Positions 48,601 to 58,164 of a stretch of DNA of 64,000 bases are shown here, in pieces. The stretch is from the NCBI GenBank assembly GCA_049323435.1, contig JBMOMX010000008.1, positions 40,609-104,608 of the forward strand, given 5' to 3'. Position 1 is the first letter of the stretch; each line of letters starts with the position of its first letter. Source of the DNA: Pseudomonadota bacterium (GTDB lineage: Bacteria; Pseudomonadota; Alphaproteobacteria; UBA11222). The translations under genes were made by a program, and so were the position numbers. The notes under the pieces were generated by a model that was not told where the DNA came from, did no database searches, and was given only the letters and a program-made list of their open reading frames with translations.

Positions 48601-48696
48601 CGTCATTGCGAGCGGAGCGAAGCAATCCAGAGTCAAACAAACAGGCTTTACCGTGTGGCTCTGGATTGCCGCGTCGCTTCGCTCCTCGCAATGACG
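48601..48696. repeat. 96-bp near-perfect palindrome (32/38-bp arms, 26-nt loop) between convergent moeB and gst
   Basis: CGTCATTGCGAGCGGAGCGAAGCAATCCAGAG ... CTCTGGATTGCCGCGTCGCTTCGCTCCTCGCAATGACG. Termini GTCATTGC/GCAATGAC are shared with the 40458-40687 element. Confidence 0.75.
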
Positions 48697-48733
48697 AATT
48701 AAGGGCGGTGATTCAATCCAACCTCAACAAACT

Positions 48734-49369
48734 CTATGCCTGCGCCTGCGCCAGGGTCTTTTTCCATGCGGGCAATGCTTGCAGCTCCGCCAGCCAGCGG
48801 CGGATTTCCCCATAGGGCGCGAGCGGAATTTTCGCTGCCTCCGCATGCACGAGATCGCCGCCAAGCGCAAAATCGGCCACGGTAAGTTTATCACCCGCCA
48901 CATATCTGGTTTTCGCAAGTTGCGCGTCCAGCACTTTGGCGCTGCGGTTAAACTGCTCTTCGGCCTTGGCGAGTGCGGCCTTGTCCGGCTCCATGATGCC
49001 CAGCACCTGCGGTTTGGCCACATTCTCGAAGGTGAATGAGCCGGTATGCGGATCCCAATGCGCGAGATCCCAGAACTGCCATCGGGTTACATCGAGGCGC
49101 GCGCGCTCGTCTTTCGGCAACAGACCGCTTTCGGGTTTTTGCAGCGCCAGATATTGCAGAATGGCGTTCGATTCCCACACCACATAATCGCCATCCTTCA
49201 GGGTGGGCATCCGCATATTGGGATTGATGGCCGCATATTCCGGTTTTTGAAAATCACCCCTGCGCGGATCAAGCACGCGCAGCGTGTAATCCACGTCGGC
49301 ATGATTTGCCGTCAGCAGCACCTTGAAAGCGCGCGGGCTCAGCGGAAATGCGAAAATTTCAATCGCCAT
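48734..49369 (-). CDS. Glutathione S-transferase
   Basis: N-terminal thioredoxin-like GST domain (SPRAFKVLL..., VVWESNAILQYL) and C-terminal helical domain. Confidence 0.85.
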   Translation of the reverse strand: MAIEIFAFPLSPRAFKVLLTANHADVDYTLRVLDPRRGDFQKPEYAAINPNMRMPTLKDGDYVVWESNAILQYLALQKPESGLLPKDERARLDVTRWQFWDLAHWDPHTGSFTFENVAKPQVLGIMEPDKAALAKAEEQFNRSAKVLDAQLAKTRYVAGDKLTVADFALGGDLVHAEAAKIPLAPYGEIRRWLAELQALPAWKKTLAQAQA

Positions 49370-49370
49370 G

Positions 49371-49742
49371 TCATCCTCCTTTAGTGGTTTTCGGTTTTTT
49401 CACTTTCACCGGCAGCGTGGCCGCATATTCCATGGAGCGTTTCAGCCAGCGTTTGGCGGCGGCCTTGTCGGCGAGAATATGCCCGGGTATCGCCGCATAT
49501 TCGCGCATGATTCGCCCCGGCATCGGCATGAAGCTGTCCGCGCCTTCCTTTTGCTGCATGATCACCCGGTCCTTTTCGGACAGGCGCAGGACAAAGCTTT
49601 CCTGATGCAGGCCCGCAAACATATTACCATTGACGAATGCGGCGGGATAGCCAAACATCTGGCGGCGTTCCACGCGCGCATCATCGGGAACAACCGCGCC
49701 AAACAGCGCCACCAGTTCCGGGGGTGATTTTCGCCAGGCCAT
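49371..49742 (-). CDS. TfoX N-terminal domain-like protein
   Basis: RRQMFGYPAAFVNGNMFAGL matches the TfoX_N family core. Confidence 0.55.
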   Translation of the reverse strand: MAWRKSPPELVALFGAVVPDDARVERRQMFGYPAAFVNGNMFAGLHQESFVLRLSEKDRVIMQQKEGADSFMPMPGRIMREYAAIPGHILADKAAAKRWLKRSMEYAATLPVKVKKPKTTKGG

Positions 49743-49753
49743 CCTGTCCCCTC

Positions 49754-50323
49754 TCAGTAATTGAACCTGGGCTGCCAGCCATTGGCGCCCTCGGGAAGCA
49801 GGTCAAACAGATGCCAGACGGCGCAGAAATCATCTCCCGGCCCTTCGCTGAGATCAGAGACGCGTAAAATTTTTCCATTGCGGCGCTGAAACACAGAAAT
49901 TCCCGGCAGCCAGCCGCCGCTCTCGCTGCGATAGCCCATATCCTGTGCGAAGCTTGATTCCTGATGGCTGGCCATCGGGAACCGCCATCCGCGCTCTGCT
50001 GCAAATTTCTGCTGTGTCTGCGGCGCATCGGGGCTGATCACCACAAATGCCGCGCGGTTCGCCAGATGCGCATAGACGCCATTATAGCCATCCGCCCACA
50101 GGGTGCAGTAAGCGCAGGACGCCCCCATATTGTGAATGACGAACAGATCGTCCTTGCCGCCAAAAAGCGCCGACAGGTTTTTATCGCCGTCCAGGGTCTT
50201 GAAGGTGTAATCGCTGACCTGTTGCGGCTCAATCTGCGCCTGAATTTTGCGCATCGCGCCGCGGATTTCCATGATCTGCTGGCGGTAACCATTCAGCTTG
50301 CCAGTTGCATCTTGATATTTCAT
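49754..50323 (-). CDS. DUF899 thioredoxin-like protein
   Basis: 189 aa with CxxC (ASCAYC). Typical partner of ArsR-family regulators. Confidence 0.65.
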   Translation of the reverse strand: MKYQDATGKLNGYRQQIMEIRGAMRKIQAQIEPQQVSDYTFKTLDGDKNLSALFGGKDDLFVIHNMGASCAYCTLWADGYNGVYAHLANRAAFVVISPDAPQTQQKFAAERGWRFPMASHQESSFAQDMGYRSESGGWLPGISVFQRRNGKILRVSDLSEGPGDDFCAVWHLFDLLPEGANGWQPRFNY

Positions 50324-50757
50324 GGCTTTTTCCTTTCTGATCCAGGGGGTTTTCCCGAATTTTTCCCGGCCGCTGCTTTTTCCTTGCGGCGTTCAATCTT
50401 GTTCAGGGAGTGGGCAAGCATATCAAATTGCGCCTGCCAGTAATGGCTGTAGCGGTTGATCCAGACGGCGGCGGCGAATATCGGATCAACATCCAGGCTG
50501 CAGGTGCTGATACGTCCTGTGCGTTCCTGCTGCACCAGCCCCGCCCGCACCAGAACCTGGATATGTTTTGACACGGCCTGAAGCGAAATATTGAAAGGCG
50601 CCGCAAGCTCAGACACCAGCATTGGCTGCACGCGCAGCCGTTCCAGAATGGCGCGGCGCACCGGATCCGACAATGCAAAGAATGCGCGGTTCAGCATTTC
50701 TTCCGCATGCGCCTCTTCATCGCCCCCAACGGGCCGTATCGCCTGGTGTGACTTCAT
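50320..50757 (-). CDS. ArsR/SmtB-family transcriptional regulator
   Basis: FFALSDPVRRAILERLRVQPMLVSELAAPFNISLQAVSKHIQVL is a wHTH of the ArsR family. Overlaps the DUF899 start. Confidence 0.8.
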   Translation of the reverse strand: MKSHQAIRPVGGDEEAHAEEMLNRAFFALSDPVRRAILERLRVQPMLVSELAAPFNISLQAVSKHIQVLVRAGLVQQERTGRISTCSLDVDPIFAAAVWINRYSHYWQAQFDMLAHSLNKIERRKEKAAAGKNSGKPPGSERKKP

Positions 50758-50822
50758 GCGGCGATATTATCAATGTAGCAGTTGATAGTCAACCAATATA
50801 TTGATTATTGGCCCGAAAAAAT

Positions 50823-50862
50823 AACGGCCCCTTGCTGATCATTTACAAGGGGCCGCGCGTTG
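50823..50862 (-). terminator. Rho-independent terminator after the 2-hydroxyacid dehydrogenase gene
   Basis: Minus-strand GGCCCCUUG-UAAAUGAUCAG-CAAGGGGCC followed by GUUAUUUUUU. Confidence 0.6.
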
Positions 50863-50865
50863 CAG

Positions 50866-51849
50866 TTACAACATGCTGGGGATCACCCGGTCGGGCGGCG
50901 CGTGGCCATCGACGAAGGTTTTGATATTGATGATGACCTTTTCGCCCATATCGACACGGCCTTCCATCGTGGCCGATCCCATATGCGGCAGCAGCAGCAC
51001 ATTTTTCAGATTGAGCAGCTTCGGGTTCACGGCCGGCTCATGTTCGAACACGTCCAGGCCCGCGCCTGCGATCTTGCCGCTGGCGAGCATGCGGGTCAGC
51101 GCATTTTCATCAATGATTTCGCCGCGCGCCGTATTGACGATATAGGCATGCGGTTGCAGCAATTGCAGCCGCCGCGAAGACAGCAGATGAAATGTCGCCG
51201 GCGTATGCGGGCAGTTCACCGAAATAATGTCCATGCGGGCCAGCATCTGATCCAGGCTTTCCCAATAGGTCGCCTCCAATGTCTCTTCGATGCCGGGGTT
51301 CAGCCGTTTGCGGTTATGATAATGGATTTGCAGGCCGAAGGCGCGGGCGCGCTTTGCCACCGCCTGGCCGATGCGGCCCATGCCGATAATGCCCAGACGT
51401 TTGCCATAAATCCGCCGCCCCAGCAGCCCGGTCGGCGACCAGCCGCCCCAATCGCCCGCGCGCAGCAGATCGAGCCCCTCGGTGATGCGGCGCGGGACTG
51501 AAAGGATCAGCGCCATGGTCATATCCGCCGTGTCCTCGGTCAGAACGCCCGGCGTATTGGTGACGATAATGCCGCGCGAACGGGCCGATTCGACATCAAT
51601 ATGATCGACACCGGTGCCGAAATTGGCGATCAGCTTCAGCCTTTCACCCGCCTGGGCCAGGATGCGGCTTTCCAGCCGGTCGGTCAGGGTCGGCACCAGA
51701 ACATCGGCAACCTTTAACGCTTCGGCCAGTTGTGCGGGCGTCATGGGCTTATCGTCGAGGTTCAATCGGGCATCAAACAATTCGCGCATGCGCGTTTCAA
51801 TCGCATCGGGCAGTTTACGGGTTACGATGACAAGGGGTTTTGTGGTCAT
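50866..51849 (-). CDS. D-isomer-specific 2-hydroxyacid dehydrogenase (glyoxylate/hydroxypyruvate reductase-like)
   Basis: GIIGMGRIGQAVAKRA NAD-binding motif. Catalytic R/E/H arrangement. 327 aa. Confidence 0.85.
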   Translation of the reverse strand: MTTKPLVIVTRKLPDAIETRMRELFDARLNLDDKPMTPAQLAEALKVADVLVPTLTDRLESRILAQAGERLKLIANFGTGVDHIDVESARSRGIIVTNTPGVLTEDTADMTMALILSVPRRITEGLDLLRAGDWGGWSPTGLLGRRIYGKRLGIIGMGRIGQAVAKRARAFGLQIHYHNRKRLNPGIEETLEATYWESLDQMLARMDIISVNCPHTPATFHLLSSRRLQLLQPHAYIVNTARGEIIDENALTRMLASGKIAGAGLDVFEHEPAVNPKLLNLKNVLLLPHMGSATMEGRVDMGEKVIINIKTFVDGHAPPDRVIPSML

Positions 51850-51983
51850 TTGCCGGATACCTGTGGTTAACCGCCTGGCGCGGCTTTGAAACTGTCCCCT
51901 CTATCTAACAGAACTTGACGCCTGAGACAAACTACCACATTGACCGGTGCCGCGATTGCAGGCGATAAGCAGAGATCAGGATA

Positions 51984-52580
51984 TTGTTCCATTTCAATCG
52001 GCAATGGCAGGGCATGATCAGTCGGGGCTTTGTTTCAATTTGCCAATTTGCGGGCTGTCTGGTTTTTGTGATGGCATTGGCGGCGCCACCCGTTTGGGGC
52101 GAAACCCCGCCTGCGGCGCCCGTGCCGGAAACAAATGCGCCGAATATTGGCGTATCGGGTTTGCCATTGCCGCGATTTGTCAGCATTACATCAGCGCGCG
52201 TCAATCTGCGGGTGGGTCCCGGACGGCAATATCCGATTTCCTGGATTTTGCAACGCCGCCATCTGCCGGTAGAGGTGATCGGCGAATTTGAACATTGGCG
52301 CAGAATCCGGGAACAATCCGGCGATACGGGCTGGGTACACAAAACCATGCTCAGCGGCCGGCGCACCGGGATGGTCATTTCTCAGAGTAAAACCGGCGAT
52401 CTGATCCCGGCCTATGCCAGCCCCGGCCCGGGCAAACCCGTATTAATGACCGAAAACGGCGCCATCGGCGAACTTACCGAATGCCGGCAGGAATGGTGCC
52501 ATATAAGCTTTAAAAAAGGCAGCGGATGGATATTGCGCGATAATCTGTGGGGCGCCTATCCGACCGAGGAATTCGATTAG
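51984..52580 (+). CDS. Bacterial SH3-like (SH3b) domain protein, secreted
   Basis: Signal peptide. Two SH3_3-like segments (VNLRVGPGRQYPISWIL..., ...LIPAYASPGPGKPVL...). Confidence 0.6.
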   Translation: MFHFNRQWQGMISRGFVSICQFAGCLVFVMALAAPPVWGETPPAAPVPETNAPNIGVSGLPLPRFVSITSARVNLRVGPGRQYPISWILQRRHLPVEVIGEFEHWRRIREQSGDTGWVHKTMLSGRRTGMVISQSKTGDLIPAYASPGPGKPVLMTENGAIGELTECRQEWCHISFKKGSGWILRDNLWGAYPTEEFD

Positions 52581-52586
52581 ATCATA

Positions 52587-53111
52587 TTATTGTTCGCTGG
52601 CCACACGCGCAACAAGCGCCGCATTCATCGCCGCCATGGACTGGGCATATCTGTCGAACTGCCACTGTGACAGCGGTCCGGACAGCCATCCCGTGAATTC
52701 GATTTCGTGACGAAGACTGGTCCCGCCAGTTGCCGATGGCGTCATGATCAGCTTGCGTTTGGCGCTCAGCAAACGCGGCAGCAAATATAATTCCGCCTCC
52801 CAGATAAATTCATAATCCGTGGCCATGCTTTTCATGCCCACCTGGCGTATTGTTTCACTGCCATCGGGGAAAATTTCAACCAGGCGTGTCCGGCTCCGCG
52901 GCCTGGGCTGCCCGTCAAGGGCGCGCAAATGCGGATTCCATTCGGGATAGGCTTCAAATGCGTTTAACACCCGCCACACCCGGTCAGGTGTCACGTCAAA
53001 CGCCACAAGGCTGTTGATATCATGATTTTTCTGCAGGAAGCCGATCACCACAGCCCCCGCAAGGCCCAGCCCAACAAACGCCAGCAGCAATTTCAAAACC
53101 GGCCGTCTCAT
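52587..53111 (-). CDS. SRPBCC (START/Bet v1-like) family protein with N-terminal TM anchor
   Basis: 174 aa. N-terminal TM. Polyketide-cyclase/dehydrase-like fold signature. Confidence 0.55.
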   Translation of the reverse strand: MRRPVLKLLLAFVGLGLAGAVVIGFLQKNHDINSLVAFDVTPDRVWRVLNAFEAYPEWNPHLRALDGQPRPRSRTRLVEIFPDGSETIRQVGMKSMATDYEFIWEAELYLLPRLLSAKRKLIMTPSATGGTSLRHEIEFTGWLSGPLSQWQFDRYAQSMAAMNAALVARVASEQ

Positions 53112-53130
53112 AGCGCTTTCACAGGGTCAC

Positions 53131-53243
53131 GCGGCATCACACCGGATTTGGAACGGCCGTGCGGCATTACGCCGCGCTTGCAGTTAGCGCGCGGCATTAC
53201 GCCGCGCTTGCAGTTAGCGCGCGGCATTACGCCGCGCTTGGGG
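53131..53243. repeat. Tandem array of ~4 x 30-bp units (GCGGCATTACGCCGCGCTTGCAGTTAGCGC), each with a GCGGC-N5-GCCGC hairpin
   Basis: Perfect copies at 53161-53190 and 53191-53220. Partial third copy at 53221-53243 contains the pckA stop codon. Degenerate leading copy at 53131-53160. Confidence 0.8.
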
Positions 53244-54831
53244 CAGCGGCGCGTACATCTTCACCCACATGGTCCACGAATTTTTCGAAATTCTTGACGA
53301 ACATGGCAACCAGTTTCTTAGCCTGGGCGTCATAGGCCGCCTTGTCGGACCATGTGCTGCGCGGATCCAGCAAGGATGCATCCACGCCTGTAACCGCTAC
53401 GGGTACCTGGAAGCCGAAATTCGGATCCAGACGCATACCGGATTTGGCCAGCGAACCATCCAGCGCCGCCGCCAGTAACGCGCGGGTTTCCTTGATCGGC
53501 ATGCGTTTGCCAACCCCATAGGGGCCGCCGGTCCAGCCGGTATTGATCAGCCAGCAATCGACATGCTGCGCGGCGATTTTATCGCGCAGCAGATTGCCAT
53601 ATTCACTGGGATGGCGCGGCATGAACGGCCCGCCAAAGCAGGTGGAGAAAGTAGCCGAAGGTTCGGTCACGCCTTTTTCGGTGCCCGCCACCCGCGCGGT
53701 ATAGCCGGACAGAAAATGATACATGGCCTGGCTTGGCGTCAGTTTGGCGATTGGCGGCAGAATGCCGAACGCATCGGCGGTCAGCATGATGATATTTTTG
53801 GGGCTGCCCTTGGCGACGCCGGTGCGGCTGGCATTGGGGATATAACTGGTGGGATAGGCACCGCGTGAATTTTCAGCAAGGCTGGCGTCATTCAGATCCA
53901 GTTTACGGGTCACTGGATCAATCACCACATTTTCCAGCACGGTGCCAAACATGCGGGTGGTAGCAAAAATTTCCGGCTCCGCCTCCGGCGACAGATTGAT
54001 CATTTTGGCATAGCAGCCGCCTTCAAAATTGAACACGGCGTCATCGGCCCAGCCATGTTCGTCATCGCCGATCAAAGTGCGGCTGGCATCGGCGGAAAGT
54101 GTCGTTTTGCCGGTGCCGGAAAGGCCGAAGAAAATCGCCGAATCCCCGTTCGGCCCGACATTTGCCGAACAATGCATCGGCATAATGCCGCGTTCCGGCA
54201 ACAGATAATTGAGAATGGTGAAAACCGATTTCTTGATTTCACCGGCATAGCTGGTGCCCGCGATCAGAACTGTGCGGGCGGCGAAATTTACGCCGATCAT
54301 GGTTTCGCAACGCCCGCCATGGCGCGCCGGCGTGGCCTCGAAATCCGGCAGATGCAGGATCGTGAATTCCGGCACAAAGGCGGCCAGTTCCTGCAATTCC
54401 GGTTCCACCAGCAGATGCCGGATAAACAGCGAATGCCAGGCATGCTGGGTGATTACCCGGACATTCAGGCGTGTTTTACTGTCGGCCCCGCCATATAAAT
54501 CCTGAACCCATAATTCCTTGCCTTCGGTATAGGCCAGCATATCCTTGTGCAGGGCGTCAAAATGCTCCGGTGTCATGGATTTGTTATTTTCCCACCACAC
54601 ATTCCTTTCGGTCGTGGCGTCGCGCACGGTAAATTTATCCTGGGCAGAGCGTCCGGTATGGGCGCCGGTGCGCACAACCAGCGGGCCGCCTTCGGCGATC
54701 AGGCCTTCATTGCGCTCCACCGCCATCTGGTACAGCGTGGCGGCGCACTCATTCCAATGCACGCGCGCGGCCTTGGTGATGCCCTGATTTTCAAGACCCG
54801 ACTTGCTGATAAAACGTCCCGAATGTTTCAC
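53227..54831 (-). CDS. pckA: Phosphoenolpyruvate carboxykinase (ATP)
   Basis: 534 aa. Kinase-1a loop [14 protein letters not shown]. Strongly conserved PEPCK-ATP family sequence. Confidence 0.92.
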   Translation of the reverse strand: MKHSGRFISKSGLENQGITKAARVHWNECAATLYQMAVERNEGLIAEGGPLVVRTGAHTGRSAQDKFTVRDATTERNVWWENNKSMTPEHFDALHKDMLAYTEGKELWVQDLYGGADSKTRLNVRVITQHAWHSLFIRHLLVEPELQELAAFVPEFTILHLPDFEATPARHGGRCETMIGVNFAARTVLIAGTSYAGEIKKSVFTILNYLLPERGIMPMHCSANVGPNGDSAIFFGLSGTGKTTLSADASRTLIGDDEHGWADDAVFNFEGGCYAKMINLSPEAEPEIFATTRMFGTVLENVVIDPVTRKLDLNDASLAENSRGAYPTSYIPNASRTGVAKGSPKNIIMLTADAFGILPPIAKLTPSQAMYHFLSGYTARVAGTEKGVTEPSATFSTCFGGPFMPRHPSEYGNLLRDKIAAQHVDCWLINTGWTGGPYGVGKRMPIKETRALLAAALDGSLAKSGMRLDPNFGFQVPVAVTGVDASLLDPRSTWSDKAAYDAQAKKLVAMFVKNFEKFVDHVGEDVRAAAPSAA

Positions 54832-55108
54832 GCTTCTCTCCCTCTGGCCGTATTCTTTCAGCTGAGCTGCGACACGGCTTAGACAAAATAATACTGCACT
54901 TGGCAGCTTCCGGATATCACGGTCCTAGGTCTGAATAAACCCCTAGCTACGCTGCCATATTTAATCATTCTTAGATTAAAGCGGCGTAAGGGGCAAAAAT
55001 AATTTCCTGCCCCATAGCACGCATCTGCAATGACCCGTAGAAACACAGTCATGCCTGCTTTTTGCAGAATATGCAGTAATCACCGTCACATTAATCCGCA
55101 ATAATCAG

Positions 55109-55158
55109 GGGACAGTATATATTTAATTCCGGCCGCAAGTATAAATATATGCTGTCCC
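55109..55158. promoter_or_regulatory. AT-rich palindrome (15-bp arms GGGACAGTATATATT / AATATATGCTGTCCC, 20-bp spacer) abutting the stop of the PNPOx-like gene and ~300 bp upstream of pckA
   Basis: 14/15 arm complementarity. Located in the 330-bp AT-rich pckA upstream region. Confidence 0.45.
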
Positions 55159-55161
55159 TAA

Positions 55162-55647
55162 TTAAGCCGGGCGGCTCAGTAAATCCGCCGCTTCAATCCA
55201 GAGGATCTGTCCAAATCCGGCGACCAGATGGGCGCGATCCGGCTGCAAGCGATAAAACCGGAAATCACCGAAGGAGGCATAGGCCGCCGCATCGGGATGG
55301 CGGGCCAGAAAGCGGTTGCGGCAAAGCTCCAGCTCAGGCTCCGGCACGCGGCTGATGCTGCCAATAAGGCTCAGCCGGGCCCCGGTCAGGGGGTCCGTAT
55401 GCGCATGCGAGGCGTCATAAAGCAGACAGGCGCGCGGATCATGCATCAGATTGGCCGTATGCACCGCCAGGCTGGAAAGCAGCAGCATCGGTGCGCCATC
55501 CGGAAAAGTGGCGCAGATCACCAGACTGCCATAAGGCCCCGCATTATCGGGCATAAGCGTGCTGAGCGCAGCGGTGCGCGACTCCTGGATCAAATTCCGG
55601 GCCTGTTGCGCCAGCTGCGTAATTTTGGAAGACGGTTCGCCCTGCAT
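55162..55647 (-). CDS. Pyridoxamine 5'-phosphate oxidase-family FMN-binding (split-barrel) protein
   Basis: 161 aa. PNPOx-like split barrel signature (ALSTLMPDNAGPYGSLV...). Confidence 0.65.
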   Translation of the reverse strand: MQGEPSSKITQLAQQARNLIQESRTAALSTLMPDNAGPYGSLVICATFPDGAPMLLLSSLAVHTANLMHDPRACLLYDASHAHTDPLTGARLSLIGSISRVPEPELELCRNRFLARHPDAAAYASFGDFRFYRLQPDRAHLVAGFGQILWIEAADLLSRPA

Positions 55648-55736
55648 GCGATAGATATAAACCCGTTACATGAAATCAGCTATATTTCGCCACATTTTTG
55701 GCTCAGTTGCAGCAAATCATTGCATAATTTCAACCC

Positions 55737-56474
55737 TTGAGTCTCCGGGAGGCTTTGGCCATGCCAATGATCGCGCTTGTTGATGACGATCAGAATATTC
55801 TGACCTCGGTAACGGTCGCACTGGAGGCCGAAGGGTTTCACGTGCGCACCTATACCGATGGCGCGACCGCATTAAGCGCGCTGGAAGCCAATCCGCCGGA
55901 CATGGCGGTGCTGGATATCAAAATGCCCCGTATGGATGGCATGGAATTATTACGCCGGTTGCGCCTCAAAAGCAGTTTCCCGGTTATCTTCCTGACCTCC
56001 AAGGATGAGGAAGTGGACGAGGTGCTGGGGTTGAAAATGGGCGCCGATGACTATATCCGCAAACCCTTTTCGCAACGCCTCCTGATCGAACGCATTCGCG
56101 CCGTGCTGCGCCGTGCCGAAACGCCCGGCAGCCGGGGCGATGCGGACACGGAAGAATCCAGGCCGATGGTCCGCGGGCGTCTGGTGCTCGATCCGGTGCG
56201 CCATGCCTGCACCTGGGACGGCGAAGATGTGGTGCTGACCGTGACTGAATTTCTGCTGCTACAGACACTGGCGCAGCGCCCCGGCCATGTCAAAAGCCGC
56301 GATCAGCTTATGGATGCCGCCTATGATGATCAGATCTATGTGGATGACCGCACCATTGACAGCCATATCAAGCGCCTGAGAAAGAAATTCAAAATGGTGG
56401 ATGATTCATTTTCCGCGATAGAAACCCTTTATGGCGTGGGCTATCGCTATAACGAAGCTGGAACCCGAAGCTGA
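55737..56474 (+). CDS. chvI: OmpR-family response regulator ChvI
   Basis: Receiver domain (DD...D...[15 protein letters not shown]...[35 protein letters not shown]) nearly colinear with rhizobial ChvI. Winged-helix C-terminus. Confidence 0.85.
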   Translation: MSLREALAMPMIALVDDDQNILTSVTVALEAEGFHVRTYTDGATALSALEANPPDMAVLDIKMPRMDGMELLRRLRLKSSFPVIFLTSKDEEVDEVLGLKMGADDYIRKPFSQRLLIERIRAVLRRAETPGSRGDADTEESRPMVRGRLVLDPVRHACTWDGEDVVLTVTEFLLLQTLAQRPGHVKSRDQLMDAAYDDQIYVDDRTIDSHIKRLRKKFKMVDDSFSAIETLYGVGYRYNEAGTRS

Positions 56475-56497
56475 AAATCCGCGCCTTTATCAGACGC

Positions 56498-58135
56498 TTG
56501 CGCGGCCGCTGGCGGCTGTGGCGGCGGCCTGCGCCTGCCACCGCAACCGTTAACCGGGCGCGGCGGCGCTGGCCTTTTTCTTCCCTCACCCGGCAGATCC
56601 TGATCGTGAATGTGGCGGGGCTGGGGCTGTTTGTGGGCGGGGCGCTGTATCTCAATCAGTTCCGCACCGGCCTGATCGAATCACGCATTGAATCGCTGAC
56701 CACGCAGGCGGAAATCATTGCCAGCGCCATCGCCTTTACCAGCGCGCGCGGCCTGGACGTGTACCAGATCAATCCGGCGCTTGCAGCCCAGATACTGAAC
56801 CGGCTGGTTTTGCCCACACAGACACGGGCCCGGCTTTTCCGGGCGGACGGGGTGCTGATCGTGGACAGCCGCAAACGGATTTTACCTGAACCGGTGCGCA
56901 GCTTTTCCCTTGAGGAACCCCGCCTCAGTGAGAAGATCGCCGGCTATATTGAAAAACTTTATTCGCGCCTGAGCAGGCAGCTGAGCAGCGGGCAAAGGCC
57001 GCTATATCACGAGGAGGAAAATGCCCATGGCCGCGAATTCATTGAAGTGATGCTGGCCATGCAGGGGCAGCCCGCCAATACGGTTCGCGAAAACAGCATG
57101 GGCGAGCCGATCCTGTCGGTTGCCGTGCCGGTGCAGCGTTTCAGAATGGTGCTGGGCAGCCTGATGCTGACAACCGAGGCAGGCGATATTGACGAAATCG
57201 TGCGCGCCGAGCGGCGCTCGATACTTGAAGTGTTTCTGGTGGCGCTGGCCATCGGCGTGGTGATGTCCATTGTCATGGCGGGCACGATTGTGCGGCCGAT
57301 CCGCCGGCTGGCGCAGGCCGCCGAGAATGTGCGCAACCGGAAAGGCGGGCGTTCATCCATTCCCGATTTCAGCAGGCGCAATGATGAAATCGGCGATCTG
57401 TCCGCGGCGCTGGCGGATATGACCGCGGCACTGTATGACCGGATCGACGCCAACGAGCATTTCGCCGCCGATGTCGCCCATGAAATTAAAAATCCGCTTA
57501 CCTCGATCAGCAGCGCGGTGGAAAGCATGCCGCGCGCCAGGGACCAGGCGACCCGCGACAAGCTGCTGCAAATCCTTCAGGACGATGTGCGCCGTATGGA
57601 CCGCCTGATCAGCGACATATCCCAGGCGTCACGGCTGGATGCGCAGCTTTCCCGCGCCCCGATGGAGCCGGTTGAACTGGCCAGCCTGCTCAGTGCACTG
57701 ATCGAAATTTTTTCCGAAACCCGCGATGACTTGCCAAAAATAAATCTGCAATATAATCCGCAGGACCGTTTTGTCGTTTTGGGCGGAGAGGGCCGCATCG
57801 GCCAGGTGATACGCAACCTGCTGGAAAATGCCGCGTCATTCAGCCCGCCTGGCGGGACCATTACGGTTACCCTGACACGGACGGGCAGGGATGTGCACGT
57901 CATCATAGATGATGAAGGGCCGGGCATTCCCGAAGATAATCTTGAGACGATATTTGAGCGTTTCTACACCCAGCGCCCGCTGGGCGAAGCCTTTGGCCGT
58001 CACTCGGGACTGGGCCTGAGCATTTCAAGACAAATCACCGAAGCCTATGGCGGCAGCCTGAGCGCAAGCAATCGTAAGGGTACAGATGGAAAAATAGCCG
58101 GCGCGCGGTTTACCGTTCAGTTTCAGGGCGCGTGA
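56498..58135 (+). CDS. chvG: Sensor histidine kinase ChvG/ExoS-like
   Basis: Two TM segments flanking a periplasmic domain. HAMP. H-box HEIKNPLTSI. HATPase_c. True start may be a non-ATG codon overlapping the chvI stop. Confidence 0.85.
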   Translation: MRGRWRLWRRPAPATATVNRARRRWPFSSLTRQILIVNVAGLGLFVGGALYLNQFRTGLIESRIESLTTQAEIIASAIAFTSARGLDVYQINPALAAQILNRLVLPTQTRARLFRADGVLIVDSRKRILPEPVRSFSLEEPRLSEKIAGYIEKLYSRLSRQLSSGQRPLYHEEENAHGREFIEVMLAMQGQPANTVRENSMGEPILSVAVPVQRFRMVLGSLMLTTEAGDIDEIVRAERRSILEVFLVALAIGVVMSIVMAGTIVRPIRRLAQAAENVRNRKGGRSSIPDFSRRNDEIGDLSAALADMTAALYDRIDANEHFAADVAHEIKNPLTSISSAVESMPRARDQATRDKLLQILQDDVRRMDRLISDISQASRLDAQLSRAPMEPVELASLLSALIEIFSETRDDLPKINLQYNPQDRFVVLGGEGRIGQVIRNLLENAASFSPPGGTITVTLTRTGRDVHVIIDDEGPGIPEDNLETIFERFYTQRPLGEAFGRHSGLGLSISRQITEAYGGSLSASNRKGTDGKIAGARFTVQFQGA

Positions 58136-58164
58136 GCGGTTTTCGCCTGAGCTTGAATTGCGCC

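Noticed and set aside
53131-53243. Tandem repeat considered as a possible CRISPR array
   Set aside because: The units are contiguous, with no unique spacers between repeats, and no cas genes are nearby. It is a simple tandem repeat.
53022-53297. 91-aa ORF with GITPRLQLAR peptide repeats
   Set aside because: It is simply the translation of the 30-bp tandem DNA repeat in one frame. It overlaps the pckA 3' end on the other strand and has no start context.
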